From the IMG/VR virus record IMGVR_UViG_3300013936_000024: a DNA stretch of 64,000 bases, one strand, 5' to 3'. This DNA is from an uncultured virus (IMG/VR IMGVR_UViG_3300013936_000024) (lineage: Duplodnaviria; Heunggongvirae; Uroviricota; Caudoviricetes). Below the pieces are notes generated by a model that saw only the letters and a program-made list of their open reading frames with translations, had not been told where the DNA came from and ran no database searches. Positions 18,521 through 28,552 of the stretch are shown one piece after another (position 1 is the first letter of the stretch; every line of letters begins with the position of its first letter). Both the position numbers and the translations under genes were made by a program.

Positions 18521-19870
18521 ATGGCAAAGAATATCCGAAGTGAATATGTAAGAAATTTACTCGAAGATAAGGAAACCCTTGAAAAACAGTTGAAGGGTAT
18601 TACTGAGTCTACAATCAAATCATTGCTTGAAGACGAGGTAAAAGGAAATTTAAGACAAATCATATCTGAGGACGCAAATTCTTTCGAAGAGGAAGAAGTC
18701 ACAGACGACGATACTAAACCTGTCGATGATACGAAAGACGACGATGCTTCTACTGACGATGTTACTGTAGCTGATGATGATGTTACAGCAACTGATGACG
18801 CTGAAGAAGGTACGAGTGACGATGGTGATGCCATTGCTGATGATGCAGACGCAAATGCAGCAGATGACACTACTGATGACACTGACGATGATGTATGGAG
18901 TGGTCTTGAGGATTACAAAGGTGAGGACGGAGAATATGACTTGACAGGAATGGATGCCGACGAGGTCATCAAAGTTCTGAAAGTAATGAAGCCTGAAGAT
19001 GGCGTGCGTGTTGTTAAGAATGATGATGGAAACATCGAATTGACTGACGATGAGACCAACAAGGAATATATTATCCAAGTTGATCTAGACGATGATGCTT
19101 GTGCCGACGATGTAGACGATTCATTGGGTGAAGCTGAAAATCATGGCAACGTAGGTTATACCGACAATTATCAGAAAAAGACAGCAATGACAACCCCTGA
19201 TAATCATGAACCTGCTGATACAAGCAAAACCTACTCAATGGATGGTGGTGTACCTACAGGTACTGAGAAACCATTCCCAGGAAAAGGTGACACTGCACCG
19301 TTCGATCAAGATGTCAATGAAGCAATGACAACCCAAGAACAAGGTGCATACAATCGTGGAAATGGTATGGTTCATACCAACACTAATTCAAAGGCTGCTA
19401 AAGGACGTAATGCCCACGCAGGAGGAAAGCAAATTCACGGAACAGCAGATAACTCTTATAGTGAGGCACAGATGGAAGGTATCAAGAGAAAGGCGAATGA
19501 GATTTTCCGTGAGAACAAGGAACTTAAGTCATTATTGCCAGAATTACAGAAACGTTTGCAGGAAGCCGTCGTAATTAACCAAAGCCTTGGTAACATCGTT
19601 AAATTGCTTAAAGAAAATGCGACAACTGCCGAAGAAAAACAATCCATTATTAAACGTTTCAACGACGTAAAGACTTGCAACGAGAGTAATTCTTTGTACA
19701 AGACTATTACCGAGGAGTTACATCGTACGCATCAGTCTCAGAACGTAGACAATGTTCTTAATGCACAATTGTCAGAGGCGACAAAACACACTGTCGAGAC
19801 TCCGATGTATCAGTCAGATGATTTGTCAGAAACCCTTGATTTTATGAGAAGACTTGACAAAGTACAATAA
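18521..19870 (+). CDS. Prohead scaffold protein (T4 gp22-like)
   Basis: Very acidic, with a coiled-coil C-terminus; lies between the protease and the capsid gene. Confidence 0.75.
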   Translation: MAKNIRSEYVRNLLEDKETLEKQLKGITESTIKSLLEDEVKGNLRQIISEDANSFEEEEVTDDDTKPVDDTKDDDASTDDVTVADDDVTATDDAEEGTSDDGDAIADDADANAADDTTDDTDDDVWSGLEDYKGEDGEYDLTGMDADEVIKVLKVMKPEDGVRVVKNDDGNIELTDDETNKEYIIQVDLDDDACADDVDDSLGEAENHGNVGYTDNYQKKTAMTTPDNHEPADTSKTYSMDGGVPTGTEKPFPGKGDTAPFDQDVNEAMTTQEQGAYNRGNGMVHTNTNSKAAKGRNAHAGGKQIHGTADNSYSEAQMEGIKRKANEIFRENKELKSLLPELQKRLQEAVVINQSLGNIVKLLKENATTAEEKQSIIKRFNDVKTCNESNSLYKTITEELHRTHQSQNVDNVLNAQLSEATKHTVETPMYQSDDLSETLDFMRRLDKVQ

Positions 19871-19945
19871 ATTGTTAAAAAATGTTAATTTTCTTATAAC
19901 AAGGTAATATTTATATAATAATAAGTGAAAATTGTATATTAAAAT

Positions 19946-21883
19946 ATGCGTGAATTATTAACTAGTGGTGCGGTTGGCAACATTGAACTCAACGCACAAA
20001 AGAAAATCAGAGAAGATATTCAGAAACGTTGGGAAAACCTTGGTCTTCTCGACGGTTTGCAAGGACATATTAAGGAGAGTATCGCAACTCTTTACGAAAG
20101 TCAGGCTAAACACTTGATTTACGAGGCAACTACCGCTGATAACTCAGGTTCATTCGAGACAGTTGTATTCCCTCTTATTCGTCGTGTGTTCTCAAAATTG
20201 CTTGCAAACGACATCGTATCAGTACAGGCAATGAACCTTCCTATCGGAAAGTTGTTCTTCATCAAGCCTGTTACATCAGAGAGAGATTGGGATTTCAAAG
20301 ACGCTACTAAGATTACAGACGGTGATACTGGACGCCACGTAGGTCTCCAAGGTTATCAGAGACAAAACCGTTTCTATGATGGTTCTAGTTTCGATGCCAA
20401 TGATAAGACAAGACGTTCATTCGAATCATACGGTCGTTATGGTCTCCCTGATGAGGTTGTAGAACCAGTACAGACTGACAAGGATCACACAACACCAAAG
20501 GTTACAACCTATATGAAGAAGACTTTGTACGACTTGTTCTACAATGATTTCTTGTTCGACAACTCTAAAGGTCGTGTAACTATTAAGGTAGGTACTGCAA
20601 GTGTCGTTGAAATCGGTGCAGATGGTGCTTATCATTCAGTAGAGGATGTGGCACATTTGCCTTTGAATAGCATGGATAACTCTTTGAGCAGCCTTTTGCT
20701 TCAAGTAGGAGGTTTCTCTTCTTATAATGCAGGTCGTTTGACCGGTCCTGACGGTAATGAAATGGATAGCGAAGCATTTACAGCTTCAATGAAGGTTATT
20801 GTTACAAAAGATATTGATGGTGGTGATGATTTCACATCGTTCAAAAAAGGTGAATCAATTCCTTTCCGTTTCGTAACTCAGAAGTATGGTGACCAGTTGG
20901 TTAATTATAACGACGATAAGGGTAAGGCAAACATTTGTGATGGCAAGGGTAAGATGTATATCGAACTTGACTTGACAAAGCCTTGCAAGAAACAAGGTAA
21001 GACAATTAATGGTTATATCGGTATCGATCCTACAAAGGTCGCTGACTTGACTGACAAGGATGATGATAACGCATTGTTGGCCGACGAGTTATTCCAGATT
21101 GCTTGGGCACAGTACGATTCGCTCGAATTGGAGACTGAGATGGGTGAGGTTTCATTCCAACTTACTTCAGAAACAGTATCTGTCGAGGAAAGAAAGTTGA
21201 GAGCTACTTGGTCACCTGAACTTGCACAAGACGTGTCCGCTTTCCATAATATCGATGCCGAAGCTGAGTTGACAGCAATCCTTTCTGAGCAAATCGCAGC
21301 CGAGATTGACCGTGAGATTCTTCGTGATTTACGTAAGGCAGCTCCTTGGCAAGCACGTTGGGACTATAACGGATGGCAACGTTTGGCTACCACATCGACT
21401 GTCTATACACAGAAGGATTGGAACCAGACTTTGATGACTAAGATTAACCAAATTTCTGCACAGATCCAGAAGGCTACATTACGTGGTGGTGCAAACTTCA
21501 TCGTAGTTTCTGCTGAGATTTCTGCTGTGTTGAATGACCTTGAGTATTTCCACGTGACAGATGCATCTGCCGAGAGTGACCAATACAATATGGGTATTGA
21601 GAAGATTGGTTCTTTGCAAGGACGTTATCAGGTGATTGTCGACCCATACGCACCTCATTGGTCACTGATTATGGGACACCACGGTACAAGCTTGCTCGAC
21701 ACTGGCTACATATATGCCCCATATATTCCGATGGCATTAACACCTACAATGTATAATCCATTTAACTTCGCACCTGTAAAGGGTATATGTACCCGTTATG
21801 CCAAGAAGTTAGTAAATAATAGATACTATGGAGCAATAAAGGTCGACGGTTTGGTTTATTGGAACCCTAATGAATTGAGATAA
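19946..21883 (+). CDS. Major capsid protein (T4 gp23-like) with a large insertion
   Basis: LLANDIVSVQAMNLPIG, RKLRATWSPELAQD, DAEAELTAILSEQIAAEIDREI, YAPYIP, KGICTRYA. Confidence 0.95.
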   Translation: MRELLTSGAVGNIELNAQKKIREDIQKRWENLGLLDGLQGHIKESIATLYESQAKHLIYEATTADNSGSFETVVFPLIRRVFSKLLANDIVSVQAMNLPIGKLFFIKPVTSERDWDFKDATKITDGDTGRHVGLQGYQRQNRFYDGSSFDANDKTRRSFESYGRYGLPDEVVEPVQTDKDHTTPKVTTYMKKTLYDLFYNDFLFDNSKGRVTIKVGTASVVEIGADGAYHSVEDVAHLPLNSMDNSLSSLLLQVGGFSSYNAGRLTGPDGNEMDSEAFTASMKVIVTKDIDGGDDFTSFKKGESIPFRFVTQKYGDQLVNYNDDKGKANICDGKGKMYIELDLTKPCKKQGKTINGYIGIDPTKVADLTDKDDDNALLADELFQIAWAQYDSLELETEMGEVSFQLTSETVSVEERKLRATWSPELAQDVSAFHNIDAEAELTAILSEQIAAEIDREILRDLRKAAPWQARWDYNGWQRLATTSTVYTQKDWNQTLMTKINQISAQIQKATLRGGANFIVVSAEISAVLNDLEYFHVTDASAESDQYNMGIEKIGSLQGRYQVIVDPYAPHWSLIMGHHGTSLLDTGYIYAPYIPMALTPTMYNPFNFAPVKGICTRYAKKLVNNRYYGAIKVDGLVYWNPNELR

Positions 21884-21910
21884 TCTAACAATATCTTAAT
21901 TATATTGAAG

Positions 21911-21941
21911 GACACTACATAATGTAGTGTCTTTTTTTTTT
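21911..21941 (+). terminator. Intrinsic terminator after the capsid gene
   Basis: GACACTACAT-A-ATGTAGTGTC followed by ten T. Confidence 0.8.
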
Positions 21942-21964
21942 ATAGTTATTTAACTATTTTTTTC

Positions 21965-21995
21965 TTTGCTATTAAAGACAAATTATATAATTTTG
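21965..21995 (+). promoter_or_regulatory. Bacteroidota sigmaA-type promoter for the endonuclease cluster
   Basis: TTTG-N19-TAATTTTG. Confidence 0.6.
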
Positions 21996-22024
21996 TCTTT
22001 TAGTTTATTAGGACTATAAATGTA

Positions 22025-23530
22025 ATGGATAGAAATATATTAAAAAATAACTTTATTTTAAAGGCAAAGCATATTCACAAAGGAGAAAATTTAGATTATT
22101 CTGAAGTTGAATATATTAATAATCGTACACCAGTAAAAATAATAGATCACGACAAGAGCCCAAATGGTGTCGAATACGGTGAGTTTTGGCAAACACCGTC
22201 GAACCATTTAAAGGGACAATGTCATCCTGTTAAAAAAGGGTTACGTATATCAAAAGGCAAGCTATTTTCACGAGACAAAATAATTAAAAGATTTAAGGAG
22301 GTACACAAAGGAGAAAATTTAGATTATTCTGAAGTTGAATATAAAGGTATGCACATCAAAGTCAAGATAATTTCACACGATTTACGTCCAGATGGTACAG
22401 AGTATGGGGTCTTTTGGCAGGAGCCTATCGTGCATTTGAAAGGCGGCACCCATCCTGAAATTGGAAGACAAAGGCAGATAAAATCGCAGACCTATACGAC
22501 TGAGACGTTTATTGATAAGCTTAAGAAAATATCCGATTGTGAGTGGCTTGACTTTAGCAAAGTTAAATATATATCAAGTCAAACAAAGATTACCTTAATA
22601 TGCAATAAGTGTAACAATAAGGGTATAAAGCATGGAGAATTTCAAATTTGTCCAGATGCATTATTACAAGGAAAAGGATGCCCTAAATGTGGTAATCATA
22701 GATCGGATGCCGAAGACGAAATTGTTGACTTCATCAAGGGTAAATCTGACTTATCAATCGAACGAAGAAATCATTCTATTCTCGATGGAAAGGAACTCGA
22801 TATTTATTTGCCTCAGAAGCATATTGCATTTGAATATAATGGACTACGATGGCATTCTGAGCAGTTTAATAAAGATAAATACTACCACCTTTCCAAGAAG
22901 AATAAATGTGAAGAGAAAGGAATTAAATTATTTCATATTTTCGAGGACGAGTATATCTTTCATAAAGAAGCCTTGTTTAGTAAGATAAGTCGTTTACTAG
23001 AACTTGATAAATCATTACCTAAAATTGAGACGAGAGAATGCAGTATCAGAGAGCTTAGAAATGATGAGGCAGAAAAATTTATGAATTATAACAATATTCA
23101 AGGTTATTGCGACGCAGATATCCATTTAGGAGCGTTTTATCAGGAAAAATTAATGAGTGTAATATCACTCAGTAGGCGTCATGATGAAGAATGGATACTT
23201 GATAGGTTTGCTAACGATATCCATTACACAGTTCAAGATACCTTTTCAAAGATAATAAAATTTTTTACCAACGAATATAATTGCAAGAGCATAAAAGCTT
23301 TTATTGACCGAAGATGGGAATACGATAAGGATAATAATTTATATACTAAGAACGGGTTTATTTTCAATAAAGTACTCGATGTTGACTATACATATACTAA
23401 TGGTCATGGAAAAAGGATAAATAAAACTGAAATTATAACGTTAATTAACAGAAAAGATAATGATTATTACCGAATATGGGATTGCGGTTTTATCGAATAT
23501 ACCTATACTAATTCAAAATACATTTCGTAA
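22025..23530 (+). CDS. Hef-like homing endonuclease
   Basis: LDYSEVEY..GxFWQxPxxHLKG repeats; ELDIYLPQKHIAFEYNGLRWH; FIDRRW; RIWDCG. Confidence 0.75.
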   Translation: MDRNILKNNFILKAKHIHKGENLDYSEVEYINNRTPVKIIDHDKSPNGVEYGEFWQTPSNHLKGQCHPVKKGLRISKGKLFSRDKIIKRFKEVHKGENLDYSEVEYKGMHIKVKIISHDLRPDGTEYGVFWQEPIVHLKGGTHPEIGRQRQIKSQTYTTETFIDKLKKISDCEWLDFSKVKYISSQTKITLICNKCNNKGIKHGEFQICPDALLQGKGCPKCGNHRSDAEDEIVDFIKGKSDLSIERRNHSILDGKELDIYLPQKHIAFEYNGLRWHSEQFNKDKYYHLSKKNKCEEKGIKLFHIFEDEYIFHKEALFSKISRLLELDKSLPKIETRECSIRELRNDEAEKFMNYNNIQGYCDADIHLGAFYQEKLMSVISLSRRHDEEWILDRFANDIHYTVQDTFSKIIKFFTNEYNCKSIKAFIDRRWEYDKDNNLYTKNGFIFNKVLDVDYTYTNGHGKRINKTEIITLINRKDNDYYRIWDCGFIEYTYTNSKYIS

Positions 23531-23549
23531 ACTATTAAGGATAAATTGA

Positions 23550-24947
23550 ATGGAAAATAAAAGGAAACCAAATGGATATTGGAATAACTTCGATATATGT
23601 AAAATCGAATGTCAAAAATATAAAAATCTTAAGGAATTAAAATCTAATTCATCAGCTTGTTATAATTCTATAAGTCGTAATGGATGGATTAATATATTTT
23701 ATCCTAATAAAGGTAAAGTCATCACTAAATGGGATAATAAAGAAAATTGTATTGTTAAAGCTAAAAGATATCCGAATTTTGCGACCTTTATCAGACTATC
23801 ACCTGTTTGTTATTTATCGATGAAAGAAAATGGATGGCTTGAAGAAGTGTTTGCCGATTATCCTGATTATAAAATATTTAAATATTGGAATGACTATGTA
23901 AATTGTAAAAAAGAATGTGAAAAATATTCAACAATCACTGAATTAAAGAAAAACAATAAATACTGTTATAATTCCATTGTTCGCAATAAATGGAAAGACG
24001 GATTTTTTAATATTAACCGACATAATGGCAAGGAATTCGGTTATTGGAATAATAAAGCCCATTGCATCGAAGAAGCAAAGAAGTATAAGACGATGACAGA
24101 ATTGAAGGACAAAAGTAATGGATGCTATGCATCGGTATTGAAGCATCATTGGGAGACGGATTGTTTCCCTGATTTCAAGAAGAGGAAACCTAATGGATAT
24201 TGGGATATAAAGGAAAACTGCTTTAATGAAGCCAAGAAATATAGGAATCTGAAAGAGTTTCAGCTCAAATGTTATGGTGCTTATCATTGTGCGATTAAAA
24301 ACGGTTGGAAGAATGAGATAAATAATCTATACGATAAAACAATATTATATCATTCATATGATGAAAAGATTCATCTTGTATATATTTATCTCTTTGTCGA
24401 TTATAACACTTTTTATGTCGGGAGAACGAATAATTTAAAGAGAAGAAATCAACAACACATTAGAGACCATAACGACTCTATTTTTAAGTTCTGTAATGAT
24501 AAAGGGATTGAAATCCCTCCATACGTAATACTCAAAGAAAACCTTACCGCTCCAGAAAGCCAATATTATGAGGACTTTTATCTGAAAGAATACATTGATA
24601 AAGGATGGACGTCTTTGAATATTGCCACCACGGGTATTAACAAGGGTTCCTTAGGTGCAATATGCAAGTGGAATTATGAGGCTTGCAGAGAGGAAGCCTC
24701 AAGATATAGGAACATAACTGAATTTAAGATAAAAAATCAAAGTGCCTATAATGCTAGTAGAAAGAAGGGATGGCTTCAAGATTTCTTTAAATATTCGAAA
24801 TTACCGAATAGATATTGGGATGATTATGAAAATTGTCGTAAGGCGTTTAAGGAATGTAAGAATGCGAGAGAATTGATAAAGATATATGGCGGTTGCTATA
24901 ATTCAATTAAGAAAAACCATTTTGATGATTTAAGGTATTCAAGGTAA
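23550..24947 (+). CDS. GIY-YIG endonuclease flanked by seven ~50 aa repeats
   Basis: LVYIY..FYVGRTNNLKRRNQQH..ESQYYE..LN; repeats YW...NC..EAKKY...CY...NGW. Confidence 0.75.
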   Translation: MENKRKPNGYWNNFDICKIECQKYKNLKELKSNSSACYNSISRNGWINIFYPNKGKVITKWDNKENCIVKAKRYPNFATFIRLSPVCYLSMKENGWLEEVFADYPDYKIFKYWNDYVNCKKECEKYSTITELKKNNKYCYNSIVRNKWKDGFFNINRHNGKEFGYWNNKAHCIEEAKKYKTMTELKDKSNGCYASVLKHHWETDCFPDFKKRKPNGYWDIKENCFNEAKKYRNLKEFQLKCYGAYHCAIKNGWKNEINNLYDKTILYHSYDEKIHLVYIYLFVDYNTFYVGRTNNLKRRNQQHIRDHNDSIFKFCNDKGIEIPPYVILKENLTAPESQYYEDFYLKEYIDKGWTSLNIATTGINKGSLGAICKWNYEACREEASRYRNITEFKIKNQSAYNASRKKGWLQDFFKYSKLPNRYWDDYENCRKAFKECKNARELIKIYGGCYNSIKKNHFDDLRYSR

Positions 24948-24950
24948 CAG

Positions 24951-25910
24951 ATGAGAGAGATTAATTATTGGAATAATAAGAATAACTGTCTTAATGAAGC
25001 CGTAAAATATAAATGTATTTCTGATTTACAAAAGAATTGCTACGGATGTTATATGGGTTTGAAAAGGAACGGGTGGTTGCACGATATATTTCCATTAAAG
25101 TCTAAACCTGTAGGCTATTGGGATAAAATCGATAATATTATCGTGGAGGCAAAAAGATATCGTACAAAGAAAGATTTTAGGAAACACTGTAAAAGTGGTT
25201 ATAATGCTGCCTTGAAGAACGACTGCATCGCTTACTTGGATGAAAACGTATTCATTAAAGATGATAAAAGATTTAATGATATTGAAAAAAGAAATAATCT
25301 GATATATGTATATGAAATTAAATCGTATAATGCTTGTTATATAGGAAGAACAATAAATCTACATGAGAGAGACTTATCACATCGAAGAGGCCGAAGACAT
25401 TCAGATGGAAGGATAACATATGATTCCTTGTATATGTTTTGCAATAATAATAATAACATTGATATTCCTTCTCCGATCATTAAAGAAGAAAATTTGAATG
25501 CAAGGGAAAGTTTAATACAAGAAGATCGTTGGGTTACTATATACAAGGATAAAGGATGGAAAGTATTGAATATTGCAAAGACAGGAGAACATAGTGGCTC
25601 ACTTGGCTTGAATAAACAATGGACTTACGATAAATGTAAGGAATTTTGCAAGGATTATATTTATAAATGTGATTTACGGAAGGCGAATTATCAATGTTAT
25701 TATGTTTGTCTTAAAAATGGGTGGTTTGATGAGTTTGGCATCTATGATAAAAAGAAATATTCGAACGGATTTTGGAACTGTAAGAAAAACTGTTTGAAGG
25801 CTGCGATGAAATGTAAAAATAAGACAGATTTTATAGTAAATCATCAAGGAGCATATAAGGCGGTGATAAAACATAATTGGATAGAAGAAATCAATAAAAT
25901 ATTTCAGTAA
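24951..25910 (+). CDS. GIY-YIG endonuclease flanked by four ~50 aa repeats
   Basis: LIYVY..CYIGRTINLHERDLSH..E..LN; same repeat family as the upstream paralog. Confidence 0.75.
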   Translation: MREINYWNNKNNCLNEAVKYKCISDLQKNCYGCYMGLKRNGWLHDIFPLKSKPVGYWDKIDNIIVEAKRYRTKKDFRKHCKSGYNAALKNDCIAYLDENVFIKDDKRFNDIEKRNNLIYVYEIKSYNACYIGRTINLHERDLSHRRGRRHSDGRITYDSLYMFCNNNNNIDIPSPIIKEENLNARESLIQEDRWVTIYKDKGWKVLNIAKTGEHSGSLGLNKQWTYDKCKEFCKDYIYKCDLRKANYQCYYVCLKNGWFDEFGIYDKKKYSNGFWNCKKNCLKAAMKCKNKTDFIVNHQGAYKAVIKHNWIEEINKIFQ

Positions 25911-25920
25911 GACGATTAAT

Positions 25921-26295
25921 ATGAAAGAGAAAAAAATATTCAAAGTTATAATAGCAGGAGGACGTGATTTTAACGACTATAAATTGTTGGAGGATAAATG
26001 TCTAAAAATATTATCCAATAAGTTAAAAACACATAAAGTGGAGATTGTATCAGGTGGTGCAAGAGGTGCTGATAGATTAGGAGAACAGTTTGCTATTAAT
26101 CACGATTTACAACTCTATTGTTATCCCGCCGATTGGGATAAATATGGTAAGTCTGCTGGGTATGTCAGAAATAATATTATGGCAGAATATTCACACGCTT
26201 TGATAGCTTTTTGGGATGGTAAGAGTAAAGGGACTGAACACATTGTAAAAGTAATGAAAAAACAGAATAAATTAGTTAGAATAATAAAATATTAA
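25921..26295 (+). CDS. SLOG-family (YspA/DUF2493-like) protein
   Basis: VIIAGGRDFNDY, IVSGGARGAD, ADWDKYGKSAGYVRN, AFWDGKSKGT. Confidence 0.85.
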   Translation: MKEKKIFKVIIAGGRDFNDYKLLEDKCLKILSNKLKTHKVEIVSGGARGADRLGEQFAINHDLQLYCYPADWDKYGKSAGYVRNNIMAEYSHALIAFWDGKSKGTEHIVKVMKKQNKLVRIIKY

Positions 26296-26325
26296 TAGCT
26301 CACCGTCATTAGATAGTGGGCTATT
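26295..26325. terminator. Hairpin between convergent genes
   Basis: AATAGCTCAC...GTGGGCTATT inverted repeat. Confidence 0.5.
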
Positions 26326-26333
26326 AATCGATA

Positions 26334-26579
26334 TTAATTCATCTTTGGTCTCGTTTTTACTATTTCTGAAAATTCATCCTTGGTCAGATACCAAAATGGC
26401 TTAGTGCCATCCTTATATTGCATTAAGATAAAATCCTTTGGATGTAATGCCAAGTGACATAAGACTCTAAATATATTAAATATATTACTGTCATCCCATC
26501 CTGATTTTCTTGCCCTAAGGTAAATTAACAATGGTACAAGAATAATACCTATAAAAACACCTAATATAAACGTAATCAT
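26334..26579 (-). CDS. Small membrane protein
   Basis: N-terminal hydrophobic helix FILGVFIGIILVPLLIYL. Confidence 0.6.
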   Translation of the reverse strand: MITFILGVFIGIILVPLLIYLRARKSGWDDSNIFNIFRVLCHLALHPKDFILMQYKDGTKPFWYLTKDEFSEIVKTRPKMN

Positions 26580-26604
26580 TATATATTTTTAATAAATAGA
26601 ATCA

Positions 26605-27033
26605 TTATTCTTCGTAAATTACATAATAATCACCATCCTTGGTGTTATGTAATTTAAACACCGCAATGTGCGAACGATAACCGAATAGATTTTTCTTATT
26701 TTCAATCAGCCAATCCATTTCGTGAGTTTTTTCAATATAGGCACAGTTCCGTATATCGTTCGCAATATCCTCTTGGATTTCACTTGAGTTTGCACAAGAA
26801 ATTCGCCAATTACCGAATGGGTTGTAAATATATAAGAAATCGTTTTCAAGACACCATTCGGCAAGTTCATCCCTATCCATATTATCGACATTGAAGCCAT
26901 CGTTAGGATAATCTTGCGCATAGTCATCAAAAGGTGTTATTTCTTCTTCATCATCGTATATGTCTTCTTTAATGAGTCTTCTGACGCAATTCTCAATGAT
27001 GTTTCTATAATCGTTTTCGTTTAATGCTATCAT
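26605..27033 (-). CDS. Hypothetical (putative internal head) protein
   Basis: N-terminus MIALNENDYRNIIENCVRRLIKE. Confidence 0.65.
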   Translation of the reverse strand: MIALNENDYRNIIENCVRRLIKEDIYDDEEEITPFDDYAQDYPNDGFNVDNMDRDELAEWCLENDFLYIYNPFGNWRISCANSSEIQEDIANDIRNCAYIEKTHEMDWLIENKKNLFGYRSHIAVFKLHNTKDGDYYVIYEE

Positions 27034-27043
27034 TTTTCTTATG

Positions 27044-28480
27044 TTAAACTTTTTTATTATTTGTTATACTGACAATATCAAATTGCAATGATTTTTTATA
27101 AATAAATTCTTCGAGACCTTTTTTTACCTTAATGTCTATGAAATATCTATGAGGTATTAATTCATTCGTATTTATCAAGAAGTAATTTTCATTATACCCT
27201 ATTTCTACTTTTTGCCAATTAATCACTTCATATTCTTCAGTTCCTTCATTAACGTATAACCGATACTCAAGACCGTCGACTGCTCTCATTTGTTTGCTAC
27301 TATAAGGTATCTTACATTCTACATTTACCTTACGTATATCTCCCTGTAGTATTCTTTCATTAACACCGATACCATATAACGAAGGAACAATCTCATTATC
27401 GTTATTACCCTCATTAGGAAGACCGAATTTAAAGTAACTTTCATCGGATTTCGTCACAAATTGTAGTTCGACATCTTTAAAACGATGACCTTTGTATATT
27501 ATGTTTGACCAATTATCATATAACATTGTATCAATATCGTAGTCATTCGATGATAGATTAATGTTGATATAATAGATACCTTTGGTTGCTTGTTTTACCT
27601 CATAGTTAGTATCATTTATTATACAAGTAGGTATTTCATCAAGATTTGTGTAATTGCCTCCGATAATACTATAGAAGTATAGTTTATTGTCTTTATCTAA
27701 ATAGAAATTTGTTCTGTCGTCTTTTATAATATCATTATATGTTGTCTCGACATAAGGCTCAAAAAAGCCACGTGTATGATTTGTAAAAAAGCCTACATAC
27801 TGTGACAATTTTGTATTCATTCCTTCAAACGAAGGTGCATAAGCAATGCCTATACCATAGTTTTTAATCTCACCTGTAATAAATTTATTCATTAGGCAGG
27901 TAATATCCAACTCAATATTTTCATTACCATAGTCGAAATGTTGAAAACCTATTATCTTATCAGATAGATTTCCATTCATCGATGTCGCTAAATCAAGTTC
28001 TCTTGATAGTGTTTCAGTTGAATATATTCCATCTTCCATCCATCTAAAATGATTACGGAACTTATACCAGTTAGAACCGTCGGTACTTACGCCACGATGT
28101 CCACCATTGTATAAGTCCATAATGTAGTCAAAACCTTTTCCATTATCCCATTCATTAGGTATCAAAAAGAATATTAAGTCGAAAGATGCCGCACGTTGCT
28201 TATGACCATCCATTTGTGAATCCATACCACATCGATTTATATTTTTATCAACAATCGATGATGTATTTGTCATATGTAGTATATGCTTTAGCTTATTAAT
28301 GTCAGGATATGTTTTATCGTCGACCAATTTTTTTACTTTCGTATGATCAAAATATATAATACCCCTGGATAACATGTTACCGTAATTTATCTCCATTATT
28401 GGATTCAGAGACAAGTTGGCGTGGTTATCCTTAACAATAGTATTACATTTTTCCAAATATGTCCTTGTTACTATAGCCAT
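27044..28480 (-). CDS. Putative virion structural protein
   Basis: 478 aa, beta-rich; WDNGKGFDY, NYGIGI, FFTNHT..FFEPYVET; next to the baseplate spike gene; TATTTAT upstream. Confidence 0.6.
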   Translation of the reverse strand: MAIVTRTYLEKCNTIVKDNHANLSLNPIMEINYGNMLSRGIIYFDHTKVKKLVDDKTYPDINKLKHILHMTNTSSIVDKNINRCGMDSQMDGHKQRAASFDLIFFLIPNEWDNGKGFDYIMDLYNGGHRGVSTDGSNWYKFRNHFRWMEDGIYSTETLSRELDLATSMNGNLSDKIIGFQHFDYGNENIELDITCLMNKFITGEIKNYGIGIAYAPSFEGMNTKLSQYVGFFTNHTRGFFEPYVETTYNDIIKDDRTNFYLDKDNKLYFYSIIGGNYTNLDEIPTCIINDTNYEVKQATKGIYYININLSSNDYDIDTMLYDNWSNIIYKGHRFKDVELQFVTKSDESYFKFGLPNEGNNDNEIVPSLYGIGVNERILQGDIRKVNVECKIPYSSKQMRAVDGLEYRLYVNEGTEEYEVINWQKVEIGYNENYFLINTNELIPHRYFIDIKVKKGLEEFIYKKSLQFDIVSITNNKKV

Positions 28481-28552
28481 ATTAAAAAGACTTTTAATAT
28501 AAATATTTGTAAAATAAATTAATCGCCCATTCCATAGGCGATTATAACAATA

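Noticed and set aside
22076..22343. 40 bp direct repeat
   Set aside because: Explained by duplication of a protein module within the endonuclease.
26334..26579. Holin call
   Set aside because: Single TM helix with no adjacent endolysin or spanin; insufficient evidence.
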